This document shows positions 1-8,104 of a stretch of DNA of 64,000 nucleotides, in pieces. The position numbers and the translations under genes are program-made. Location: contig DATJFP010000083.1 of the NCBI GenBank assembly GCA_035495615.1, positions 23,803-87,802 of the forward strand, read 5' to 3'. Below the pieces are notes generated by a model, which saw only the letters and a program-made list of their open reading frames with translations, had not been told where the DNA came from and did no database searches. Every line of letters begins with the position of its first letter. Position 1 is the first letter of the stretch. Source of the stretch: Verrucomicrobiia bacterium. GTDB lineage: Bacteria > Omnitrophota > Omnitrophia > Omnitrophales > Aquincolibacteriaceae.

Positions 1-810
1 ATCCATTACAACACGATCGCCAGCGACCCGCGCCTGAAGTCGCTGAGCGACGACATGTCCCAGCCCGGATCCATGCACCGCCATAGCGGCGACCATTGGA
101 GCGGCCGGAGCGACGAGGCCAGCCACACGAACGTGGCCGGACTTCTCCTGTATTACTATCTTTCCGGCGATGAGCGCGTGCTGGAAGTCTCCAAAGAGGT
201 CGGCGAGTTTTTCCTGAAAGAAAAATTCACATATACCGGCCATCCCGACATGGCCCCGCAGCGCGCCATGGCCAACGCGCTTTGGGGGAGCGTGATGCTT
301 TATGACGCGACAGGCGACGATCGTTACAAAAAACTGGCGGACAAACTGATCGGGATCTTTTTGAAAGGCCAGCAGCCGGACGGCAGTTTTCTCGAAAATT
401 ATAATCCAAAAGACGGAACGTGGAGCGGAGAGAAGCACGAAATGTACATGTCGTGGTATGATGTGTCCGCTTTTATCGCCTACCACCAGCTGACGCAGGA
501 CAAGCCGGTGGCGGATATGTTGATCAAGCTCATGAATTACCTGACCCCCAAGGAGTACTCCGGCTCGGCCATCCTGCATGGCATTGCCTACGTTTATTTT
601 CTGACCCACGACCCCAAGTGGGCTGAAGCGGCCGACCACTACGTGGAATTTCTGATGAAAAACCAGCGGCGTTCGACGGACCCGCATCTGGACGGGCTTG
701 TTTTTGAGAAGCCGATTTACCACCGGCCCAATATTTTTCTGTCCACGGTGCCGTACGTGTTCGAAGCGTTCGAAGAAGACATGCAGATGAGGCGGAGCCG
801 GAGGCCATGA
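1..810 (+). CDS. 5'-truncated CDS (continues upstream of window); hypothetical protein, possibly alpha/alpha-toroid glycoside hydrolase/lyase-like
   Basis: Reading frame is open from base 1 in the same frame as the ATG at 55 and stops at 810. The ATGA overlap with the next gene at 807 suggests an operon. Family assignment is only a weak impression from W/Y-rich motifs. Confidence 0.45.
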   Translation: MHYNTIASDPRLKSLSDDMSQPGSMHRHSGDHWSGRSDEASHTNVAGLLLYYYLSGDERVLEVSKEVGEFFLKEKFTYTGHPDMAPQRAMANALWGSVMLYDATGDDRYKKLADKLIGIFLKGQQPDGSFLENYNPKDGTWSGEKHEMYMSWYDVSAFIAYHQLTQDKPVADMLIKLMNYLTPKEYSGSAILHGIAYVYFLTHDPKWAEAADHYVEFLMKNQRRSTDPHLDGLVFEKPIYHRPNIFLSTVPYVFEAFEEDMQMRRSRRP

Positions 811-1718
811 CCGCGTATGGGCTTGTGAAGGCCGCCTTTATTATTTTTACGGCGGGCGGGCTGGGCTTTGCCGCGCTCACACGCGCGGTCACGGGAAAGA
901 TCACCGGACTGGCGAAGCTCGTCCTGGCCGCGGTGCTGGCCGGCATCGTCGTCTTCGTGGATTCCCACCTCATCGAGCCCAACTGGATCAAAGTTGAAAA
1001 AGTGGTGATCAAGGACCCCGGCCTTGCGGATGTTGCCGGCGATTTGACGATCGTGCAGATTACCGACATCCATTTGAACCAGGGCGGGCTCAAGTTTCTG
1101 CACCGGCAGCTGATTCGCAAAGTCAACCGTCTCAAACCCGACATTTTATTTTTCACGGGCGACGTTATCGATGACCTGACGGAAATCAAGCCCGCGATCG
1201 AACTGTTCCGCAGCTTTAAGGTTCGCCTGGGCATTTTTGCGATTCCCGGCGACACGGACCACATTGTCCTGGATTCCGCGGGGATGGTCAGGGAACTGGG
1301 GCCTGCGGGCATCCGCTGGCTGATCAATGAAACCCTCCGGCTCGATTTACCCGGCGGTAAATCGCTTTGGCTGACGGGCGTGGATGATGCTTTTTATTTC
1401 AAGGACCCTTTCGGTAATGCCGTGCGCGGGCTGCCGCCGGGCGTTCCGAGCATTATCCTTGCGCCCAGCCCGGACATGTTCGACCGCGTGGCGGCTGCGA
1501 AAATTCCGCTTTTTCTGACCGGTGACACGCACGGCGGCCAGGTGGGAATCGATTTTCTGATCCGCATGTCGGAATATGCGAATCGGACGCCGTACATGCG
1601 CGGCCTGTTTCAGAAAGGCAATACGCGGATGTATGTGAACCGGGGCATCGGGATCAAGGCGCTGCCGATCCGTTTTTTGTGCCGCCCGGAAATTGCTGTA
1701 ATCCAGCTCCGGAAGTGA
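807..1718 (+). CDS. membrane-anchored calcineurin-like metallophosphoesterase
   Basis: Two N-terminal hydrophobic helices. Metallophosphoesterase motifs are present: ITDIHLN (D-x-H), FFTGDVIDD (GD-x-x-D), TGDTHGG (GH). ATGA overlap with upstream ORF. Confidence 0.75.
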   Translation: MTAYGLVKAAFIIFTAGGLGFAALTRAVTGKITGLAKLVLAAVLAGIVVFVDSHLIEPNWIKVEKVVIKDPGLADVAGDLTIVQITDIHLNQGGLKFLHRQLIRKVNRLKPDILFFTGDVIDDLTEIKPAIELFRSFKVRLGIFAIPGDTDHIVLDSAGMVRELGPAGIRWLINETLRLDLPGGKSLWLTGVDDAFYFKDPFGNAVRGLPPGVPSIILAPSPDMFDRVAAAKIPLFLTGDTHGGQVGIDFLIRMSEYANRTPYMRGLFQKGNTRMYVNRGIGIKALPIRFLCRPEIAVIQLRK

Positions 1719-1720
1719 CG

Positions 1721-2512
1721 ATGAAACCTTTTTTGACCGTCCTCAATTACCATGGCCTGGAATCCCGCGAAGGGGAATACTCATTTCATCATGACGAACG
1801 CGCTTACGTCCTTCCGGCGGAAGTTTTTGAACGCCATCTCGACCTGATCCGTTCCGAAGGAGGCCGAGTCCTCTCAAGCCATGAAGCGTTTTCGCCGTCT
1901 TTGGCGGAAAAAGCCATACTCCTGACCTTTGATGATGGTCTTTCAAGCCACGCCGCGTACGCGGCCCCGGCGATGAAAGTGCGCGGCATGACCGGAATCT
2001 TTTTTGTCTCCGCGGGAAAAGTCGGCCTCTCCGGGTACATGGATTGGCATGAACTGCGGGCTTTGGCCGCGGATGGATTCGAGATCGGAGCGCACGGCTA
2101 CGATCACGTGCCGCTTCCGCCGCTGGCCGATGGCGCACTCCTTCGCGAAACCGCGGAAGCCAAAAAGAAATTGGAAGACGGGCTGGGCAGTCCGGTGCGG
2201 AGTTTTTCCGTGCCGCGCGGCTTTTACAGCGGCCGCGTGGGCCGCTTCGTCCGGCAAGCAGGATATCAAAACATGTTTACCTCGCATTTTGGAGTCAATC
2301 CAGTTCCGGTTCAGCCCTTCTACGTCAAGCGGCTGGCGCCGACACGCTTCGATGCGCCGGAAACGCTCGGGCAATGGCTGCGCGCGGATTTCGGATCGCG
2401 CCATTTCCGTGAAGAAATCAAAGAAAGGCTGCGCCGCCTGCTGGGCCCCGGCATTTATGATCACGCGGCGCGTCTGAAAGCCGCGGCCCGCGGTCCGGGG
2501 GGAGCGGCATGA
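1721..2512 (+). CDS. polysaccharide deacetylase (NodB/CE4 family)
   Basis: LTFDDG and HGYDH motifs typical of the NodB homology domain. ATG at 1721 is 2 nt after the upstream stop; the track's 1679 start is probably too long. Stop overlaps the next ATG (ATGA at 2509). Confidence 0.8.
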   Translation: MKPFLTVLNYHGLESREGEYSFHHDERAYVLPAEVFERHLDLIRSEGGRVLSSHEAFSPSLAEKAILLTFDDGLSSHAAYAAPAMKVRGMTGIFFVSAGKVGLSGYMDWHELRALAADGFEIGAHGYDHVPLPPLADGALLRETAEAKKKLEDGLGSPVRSFSVPRGFYSGRVGRFVRQAGYQNMFTSHFGVNPVPVQPFYVKRLAPTRFDAPETLGQWLRADFGSRHFREEIKERLRRLLGPGIYDHAARLKAAARGPGGAA

Positions 2513-3645
2513 AGATTTTCTTCTGGCTTTGCTGCGGGCTGGTGGTCTACGCCTATGCCGGTTATCCGCTTCTTTTATGGATCGTCAGCCGCCTCGCCGG
2601 CCGCGACGTAAAAAAGGGGAAGCACGACGCGTTCGTCAGCGTCATTCTTTCCGCCTTCAATGAAGAGCGCTGGATCGAGGACAAAATCCGCAATCTGCTG
2701 GAAATGGATTATCCGGCCGAAAAAATCGAGATCCTGATCGGCTCCGACGGCGGTTCGGACAAAACCGACGAAATCATTTCCAAATTCTCCGACGCGCGCG
2801 TGAAATTTTTCCGCTTTGTCTCCAATTTCGGCAAGCCGCATGTGCTGAACGGACTCATCAACGAAGCGCGCGGCTCCATCCTGGTCTTCACGGACGCGCG
2901 GCAGCGTTTCGACAAGCAGGCGATCCGCGAACTCGTGGATAATTTCAACGATCCGGAAGTCGGCGCGGTTTCGGGCGAGCTTTATTTCGAACAGGTCAAA
3001 GGCGCGGGCGTCAGCAAGGGCATGGACGCTTACTGGAAGTATGAAAAATTTTTGCGCAAGATGGAGAGCCGCATCGGTTCCACGCTCGGCGCGACCGGCG
3101 CCATTTATGCGGTAAGGCGACGGCTGTTTACGCCGCTTCCCATGGACATTCTCGTCGATGATATGTACACGCCGCTGTCGATCGTGGTCAAAGGCTATCG
3201 CGTGATTTTCGAATCCAGAGCCAAGGCCTTCGATCTGGTTTCGAGCAAAGGCAAGGAAGAGTTCAAGCGCAAGGTGAGGACGCTGGCCGGAAACTATCAG
3301 ATCTTTGGGCATTTCTCGGAGCTCTTCGATCCGCGCAAGAGCAGGGTGGCGTGGCAGCTTTTCTCGCACAAATTTTTGAGATTGATGGTGCCGTTCTTCA
3401 TGATCGGCGCCTTTGCCGGTAATCTGCCCCTGATGGGCGACCCGCTGTACCGCATGCTGTTCGCGGCGCAGGCCCTTTTTTACGGGCTTGCGCTGACGGA
3501 GTGGCTTTGGGAGCGTCTCACGTCCCGGAAAGGGATCGGCTACATTCCGTACACGTTCTGCCTGCTGAATTATTCGGCCCTGGCCGCGTCTTTCCGCTTT
3601 TTGAAGAAAGACACGAAGGGGATCTGGGAAAAGGCCTATCAATAA
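2509..3645 (+). CDS. integral-membrane family 2 glycosyltransferase (PgaC/IcaA/cellulose-synthase-like)
   Basis: N-terminal TM helix, then SVILSAFNEE...IGSDGGSDKT (GT2 DxD region), C-terminal TM helices. Translationally coupled to the deacetylase. Confidence 0.85.
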   Translation: MKIFFWLCCGLVVYAYAGYPLLLWIVSRLAGRDVKKGKHDAFVSVILSAFNEERWIEDKIRNLLEMDYPAEKIEILIGSDGGSDKTDEIISKFSDARVKFFRFVSNFGKPHVLNGLINEARGSILVFTDARQRFDKQAIRELVDNFNDPEVGAVSGELYFEQVKGAGVSKGMDAYWKYEKFLRKMESRIGSTLGATGAIYAVRRRLFTPLPMDILVDDMYTPLSIVVKGYRVIFESRAKAFDLVSSKGKEEFKRKVRTLAGNYQIFGHFSELFDPRKSRVAWQLFSHKFLRLMVPFFMIGAFAGNLPLMGDPLYRMLFAAQALFYGLALTEWLWERLTSRKGIGYIPYTFCLLNYSALAASFRFLKKDTKGIWEKAYQ

Positions 3646-3669
3646 GCCCTGTAAGGAGTTACCTTCTAG

Positions 3670-3773
3670 CACTGTCCAGTGTTTTGCGTCAACGGCGATC
3701 ATTTTTTTCAGGGCTTTGCAAAATGAGAGTCCCTTGAGTAAGATTTAAAAATTGTTTGCCGGCCTGGACAGTG
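3670..3773. repeat. long-range 10-bp inverted repeat CACTGTCCAGTG ... CTGGACAGTG bracketing the region upstream of the exosortase gene
   Basis: cactgtccagtg at 3670-3681 and ctggacagtg at 3764-3773. They flank a T-rich segment just 5' of the exosortase start. Confidence 0.5.
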
Positions 3774-3787
3774 CACGGCCTGAAACC

Positions 3788-4633
3788 ATGACAACCACGA
3801 GCAAAACCTCTTTCAATCTGAACTGGCTTTTCCTGGCGGCCGCGGCAGCGCTGCTTGTCTGGACCTTTACGCCTTCGTTTCTTTGGATGGTGGACCGCTG
3901 GAAAGCGCCCGATTCCTATTTCGCGCACGGCTTTCTCATCCCGCTGGTCACCGCGTACTGGATTTGGGAAAAACGCGCCACGCTTGCGGCCACGGAACTG
4001 AAGTCCAGCGCCTGGGGTCTTCCGTTTCTCATTGTTGCCGCGCTCATGCAGATTTTCGCCGCGATCATGCGCGTTTATTTTCTGTCGTGCTTTTCGTTCG
4101 TGATCTGCCTGTTCGGCATTTCGCTTGCCGCCGCGGGCACGAAATTCACGCGGCAAATCGCGTTTCCTCTTTTCTTTCTTTTCCTCATGGTGCCGCTGCC
4201 GCTGCTCGTCGTTTCGGAAACGACGCTCAGGATGAAATTCTTCGTGACAGAACTCGCGACCACGTGCCTGAACGCGATCGGATTCAAGGCGTACCGCAAC
4301 GGAAGTTATCTGGTCATGCCGAACTCTTTTCTTTTGGTAGGCGATCCGTGCAGCGGACTGCGTTCTTTCCTCGCGTTTCTTTGCCTCGGGTTTGTTTTTG
4401 CGTACGGCGGTAAAACGAAGTGGTGGGGGAAAGCGATCCTGATTTTCGCGGGACTGCCGCTGGCGATTTTCTCCAACTTATTGAGGGTTTTTGGGTTGGC
4501 GCTGATCGCAGAGATCTACGGCCAGGAAGCCGTGCACGGAAAAATTCACGACGCTTCAGGCTTTGTCGTGTTCGTCATCGCGTTCGCGCTGTTCATGCTG
4601 ATCCGCCGTCAACTGGAGGCCGCGCGTGCTTAA
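3788..4633 (+). CDS. exosortase (XrtA/EpsH-like transpeptidase)
   Basis: Polytopic membrane protein with the conserved exosortase Cys motif GDPCSGLRS and the N-x-x-R motif (SNLLRV). ATG at 3788 chosen over the upstream TTG at 3752. 8-nt overlap with the EpsI-like ORF. Confidence 0.85.
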   Translation: MTTTSKTSFNLNWLFLAAAAALLVWTFTPSFLWMVDRWKAPDSYFAHGFLIPLVTAYWIWEKRATLAATELKSSAWGLPFLIVAALMQIFAAIMRVYFLSCFSFVICLFGISLAAAGTKFTRQIAFPLFFLFLMVPLPLLVVSETTLRMKFFVTELATTCLNAIGFKAYRNGSYLVMPNSFLLVGDPCSGLRSFLAFLCLGFVFAYGGKTKWWGKAILIFAGLPLAIFSNLLRVFGLALIAEIYGQEAVHGKIHDASGFVVFVIAFALFMLIRRQLEAARA

Positions 4634-5255
4634 AAACGGAAAAGCCTTTCTCCTGGTTTTGATTTATCTCGGAGCCTTATCCGCGTTCCGCCTCACGCCG
4701 CCCGCGGCATTCAGCATTTCAGCCTCGATGAGCCCGTTCTTCCAGACTTTTCCGAAAGAGATCGGCGCGTGGAAAGGCGAGGACACGCCGCCGGATCAGA
4801 GGACGCTCGAAATTCTCGAAACGCGCAACGTGCTGTCGCGGAATTATCAGAACGCGGAAGGCAAGAAGCTTCATCTTTTGCTCGTCAGTTCCGAAAAAGA
4901 CCGCCGCGTCGCGCATCCTCCGGAAGTCTGCTACCTCGGAGCGAATTTCAACATCGTCGACGACGTGGAATCCAAATTTTCTACTCCTGAAACGGGGACG
5001 ATCGGCATCCGGCAGTTCCGGGCCGTGAACGAGCGTCATCCCGACGACCAGCAGCAAGTTCTTTATCTTTATAAAATCGGGAATCGTTTCACCACGAATT
5101 ATTACGCCCAGCAGCTCCAGTTTGCCCTGGACCGGATCTCCCGCAAGGAAACGGAAGTCATGCTTATCCGCCTCGCGGGGGCTGATGCCCAGGACCTCAA
5201 GGCCTTTCTCCAGGATCTCCTGCCCTATCTGACCGGGGCTCGCCAGCCCGCCTGA
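4626..5255 (+). CDS. epsI: exosortase-associated EpsI-family protein
   Basis: About 200 aa, N-terminal signal/TM. GTG start overlaps the exosortase stop (gcgcGTGcTTAA). Its position and size match the EpsI proteins that accompany XrtA-type exosortases. Confidence 0.65.
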   Translation: MLKNGKAFLLVLIYLGALSAFRLTPPAAFSISASMSPFFQTFPKEIGAWKGEDTPPDQRTLEILETRNVLSRNYQNAEGKKLHLLLVSSEKDRRVAHPPEVCYLGANFNIVDDVESKFSTPETGTIGIRQFRAVNERHPDDQQQVLYLYKIGNRFTTNYYAQQLQFALDRISRKETEVMLIRLAGADAQDLKAFLQDLLPYLTGARQPA

Positions 5256-5286
5256 CGTTCAAAATAACCGTCGGTTGAATTTTTTT

Positions 5287-5308
5287 ATTTCCCCTACGGA
5301 TTTCCCCT
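5287..5308 (+). repeat. direct repeat ATTTCCCCT x2 (13-bp phase)
   Basis: atttcccct at 5287-5295 and again at 5300-5308. Confidence 0.6.
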
Positions 5309-5333
5309 GACAATTGCTGTAAGATATTTCATT

Positions 5334-5362
5334 ACATTGGGTTATAAATAGTAACATTGGGT
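5334..5362 (+). repeat. direct repeat ACATTGGGT x2 spaced 20 bp (two helical turns)
   Basis: acattgggt at 5334-5342 and 5354-5362. Candidate paired binding sites for a regulator. Confidence 0.6.
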
Positions 5363-5525
5363 GAAAAAGAAGCACACGGAAATATTATCACAACTCTTTT
5401 AAATGATTAGAGTTACGATTGAAGGCGGGGAATGTGTTGTTTATTTTGAACAAACGATTCGCAAAAGTAACATAAGCATCTTTTAAAGGGCTTTCGGGCT
5501 TTTCTTAAACCCTTTTAAAATATAG

Positions 5526-5535
5526 GGTTATAACC
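5526..5535. repeat. perfect 10-bp palindrome GGTTATAACC
   Basis: ggttataacc at 5526-5535. GGGTTATAA also occurs at 5339-5347. Confidence 0.55.
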
Positions 5536-5564
5536 ACTACATCCGGGCCCTCTTTTTTCTTACT

Positions 5565-5580
5565 TGGCACAGATCGTGCT
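5565..5580 (+). promoter_or_regulatory. candidate sigma-54 (-24/-12) promoter TGGCAC-N5-gTGCT upstream of the sugar transferase
   Basis: TGGCACagatcgTGCT has correct GG...GC spacing and lies about 80 bp upstream of the ATG at 5659. A sigma-54-dependent regulator is encoded in the same locus. Confidence 0.45.
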
Positions 5581-5658
5581 TAAGACACCATGAAACGTGG
5601 ACTACGTCCTCATGGCATTCAAATTTATACCAATTCTTGCAAAGGCGGAATTTAAACA

Positions 5659-6390
5659 ATGAACGTCACTTTCCAGGAAATTAAAAACAACCTGATGCGC
5701 GACTATATGCTGCGCCGTTACCACAAAATCTCGAAAGGGGAGGTCCCCATCGAGGAAAAGGCCCTGGAAGTTCTGACCCGGTCGTACGTGGAGTTGACCA
5801 CGTCCTGGCGCATTTTTGTCAAGAGAGCCCTGGATTTGACGGTTTCGATCGTCGGTCTTGCGGTGTGCTCGCCGATCATGCTGTTGATCGCGATCTGGAT
5901 TAAGCTCGATTCCCGGGGCCCGATTTTTTACAGCCAGGAACGCGTCGGCCAGAAGGGCAAGACCTTCCGCATTTACAAGTTCCGCAGCATGCGTCAGGAC
6001 GCGGAAATCAAAAGTGGTCCGGTCTGGGCCGTCGAAAACGACCCGCGCGTTACCAAGCTCGGCCACTTTCTCCGCACCACGCACCTGGATGAAATCCCTC
6101 AGTTTTTCAACGTCCTCAAAGGCGAGATGAGCCTTGTCGGCCCGCGCCCCGAACGCCCGCATTTCGTCAAGGAACTGCGCGCGCAGATCCCGCATTATGA
6201 CAAGCGTCATTTTGCGAAGCCTGGCGTGACCGGCCTTGCGCAGATTCGCCAACGTTATGACAGCAGCATTGAGGACGTGAAGAAAAAAGTTCGATATGAC
6301 GTGTTGTATATCAAAAAGATGTGCCCGCTTCTCGACATCAAAGTGATCGCCCTTACGGCGCTCACCGTGATCTTGAGGACTGGCAGATAA
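5659..6390 (+). CDS. exopolysaccharide priming sugar transferase (polyprenyl glycosyl-phosphotransferase, bacterial sugar transferase family)
   Basis: Strong match to the WbaP/WcaJ/EpsE C-terminal domain: KRALDL...GPIFYSQERVG..GK.F.IYKFRSM...DE.PQFFNVLKGEMSLVGPRPERP. SD-like AAGGCGGA precedes the ATG. Confidence 0.85.
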   Translation: MNVTFQEIKNNLMRDYMLRRYHKISKGEVPIEEKALEVLTRSYVELTTSWRIFVKRALDLTVSIVGLAVCSPIMLLIAIWIKLDSRGPIFYSQERVGQKGKTFRIYKFRSMRQDAEIKSGPVWAVENDPRVTKLGHFLRTTHLDEIPQFFNVLKGEMSLVGPRPERPHFVKELRAQIPHYDKRHFAKPGVTGLAQIRQRYDSSIEDVKKKVRYDVLYIKKMCPLLDIKVIALTALTVILRTGR

Positions 6391-6452
6391 CAAACGAAAC
6401 AATCCTCGCGGGTTTTTCGTTAACTACTAAAGAAAGGAGCAAGAAATAGCAT

Positions 6453-7157
6453 ATGAAAAAGACTGCTGGATTACTAGCGATGATCGCCGGCGTGCTCATG
6501 ATGGGCATGTCGAGCGCTTACGCGGTTCCGGTCATCAATGGCGCCATCGCGCCGGCTACCGAATGGAATAACACGGGATATAACTACTATCTCAATGTTA
6601 GCGACGTTAACGAAGCGTTGATTCCCGATCAGTACGACATTAAGAATGTCACGCTGCTTCAGGAAATCGAAGGCTTTGGATTCGGTGATAGCAATGCGGC
6701 CAACGATGGTATCTATTTGCTGGTCGAAACTTATGCAGCCCCGTCTTTTGTTGACGAAACTCTGGGGGGACCGAAAGTCACGGTTTTCCTGGATGCCGAT
6801 TTCAACAATGACGGCATCATCGATTTCTCGATGGAACACACGGCGAATGCTAACGGTACTGGTCAAAAGGTCACCGTTACCTTCAACGTGTTTGGTCCTA
6901 CGGGAGATCTAGTGACGAATGGGGGTTCGTTTTCGACCGGGAGCGTGATTGAATATTACATTCCTCACGGCCCGTTCAATACCCCGAATGCCCCGTTCCC
7001 GATTTCGTTCGTGGGTTATATCACGTACGATAACGGCGGATTGTCTCCGGATGATAACGTCACCGGCGGCCCGCTGGTGTTCGTTCCTGAACCTAGCACG
7101 ATGCTGCTTTTTGGTGGTGCTCTGCTCGGAATGATCGGGCTGCGTTTTAAAAAGTAA
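6453..7157 (+). CDS. secreted PEP-CTERM sorting-domain protein
   Basis: Signal peptide MKKTAGLLAMIAGVLMMGMSSAYA. C-terminal VPEPSTMLLFGGALLGMIGLRFKK (PEP motif, TM, basic tail). Strong RBS AAGGAG. Five N-x-S/T sequons. Confidence 0.85.
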   Translation: MKKTAGLLAMIAGVLMMGMSSAYAVPVINGAIAPATEWNNTGYNYYLNVSDVNEALIPDQYDIKNVTLLQEIEGFGFGDSNAANDGIYLLVETYAAPSFVDETLGGPKVTVFLDADFNNDGIIDFSMEHTANANGTGQKVTVTFNVFGPTGDLVTNGGSFSTGSVIEYYIPHGPFNTPNAPFPISFVGYITYDNGGLSPDDNVTGGPLVFVPEPSTMLLFGGALLGMIGLRFKK

Positions 7158-7210
7158 TTCTTGAATAGTTTGCTGTAAGTCATATTATAGCTAGCTATTT
7201 CGAGGCTCCT

Positions 7211-7246
7211 AACCCTGGCCCCTTGCAAGAGGGGCCAGGGTTTATT
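7211..7246 (+). terminator. rho-independent terminator after the first PEP-CTERM gene
   Basis: aaCCCTGGCCCCttgcaagagGGGGCCAGGGttt. The 10-bp GC stem is followed by a T-run. Confidence 0.7.
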
Positions 7247-7300
7247 GCGCGAAATCTAGCGGAAAGAGAGTGTGGACTAAGTTTTATTCAAGCCAACGCT

Positions 7301-8104
7301 ATGCTGAAAAAAATCTCCCAACTGCACAGAGAAGCATTGTCCGTCATCGCGAAGAATCCGATGATCATGCTTCTTTTTTTGTTTTTGGCGGTTGCGGAAG
7401 CCTTGGCGTTGACGACTTTGTTCCTTGCTCACTCCGCGCCGTTCTCGAAGATTTTTGCGCCCATCATCCGGCGCTTCTGGGGAGACCGGTTTCTTCATTA
7501 CCCGGATAACTTTCTTCTTCTGCCTAAGCTTTACGGTTATGCCAATGCTGCCATTCTTACCGTCGTCGGCCTCTTAGTCAGCGGTATTACTATTAAATTA
7601 ATAGAAGCTGCGGTGCTTCATACCGGCGTTTCGACGCTTACCGCGGCGCAATCGTCCTTTCAGAAGTATTTCGGGCTTTTGGCGGTTTGGATCCCGGCTT
7701 TTCTCATCATGCGGTACGGCACGAGTTTCCTGATGCCGCATATCCCGCATTCGCTGCCCGCGGAATTTATGGTCATCTTACTCATGTTTGTGGTCATCCA
7801 GGCGATCACGGCTTTTTTGTTTACGGCAGTCATGACTTCGAAAAACGGATTTTTCAAGGCACTCGTGGAAGGCTTTGGGACTTTGAAGGAACAGGGAGGC
7901 GTTTTGATCGGGGCGATTTTTATCCCGTGCGTCATCGGCGTCGCGCTTTCTTTTCTTAAATCGACGGCGCCGTCTTTTGTAAGGTTTTATCCGGAAAGCG
8001 TTCTTTTGATTTTGTATTCCGGCATTTTTATCACGATGGTCATCGACCTCTATGTTACATCGGTCTCGACCATACTCTATCTAAAGGCGAGGAATAAAGT
8101 ATGA
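7301..8104 (+). CDS. hypothetical polytopic membrane protein (unknown family)
   Basis: At least 6 predicted TM helices. ATG 7301 chosen because the track's 7223 start would include the terminator hairpin; no clear SD, so start is uncertain. Stop overlaps the next ATG (ATGA at 8101). Confidence 0.55.
   Translation: MLKKISQLHREALSVIAKNPMIMLLFLFLAVAEALALTTLFLAHSAPFSKIFAPIIRRFWGDRFLHYPDNFLLLPKLYGYANAAILTVVGLLVSGITIKLIEAAVLHTGVSTLTAAQSSFQKYFGLLAVWIPAFLIMRYGTSFLMPHIPHSLPAEFMVILLMFVVIQAITAFLFTAVMTSKNGFFKALVEGFGTLKEQGGVLIGAIFIPCVIGVALSFLKSTAPSFVRFYPESVLLILYSGIFITMVIDLYVTSVSTILYLKARNKV

Larger units (their letters stand above)
5256..5658. promoter_or_regulatory. 400-bp AT-rich non-coding control region in a GC-rich genome
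   Basis: No credible ORF. Roughly 35-40% GC against about 60% in the flanks. Contains direct repeats, a palindrome and a sigma-54-type promoter match (listed separately). Confidence 0.7.

Noticed and set aside
6391-6452. Possible terminator or promoter between the sugar transferase and the first PEP-CTERM gene
   Set aside because: Only a weak AACGAAA...TTTCGTT stem and no clear -35/-10. The PEP-CTERM gene may be read through from the 5565 promoter.
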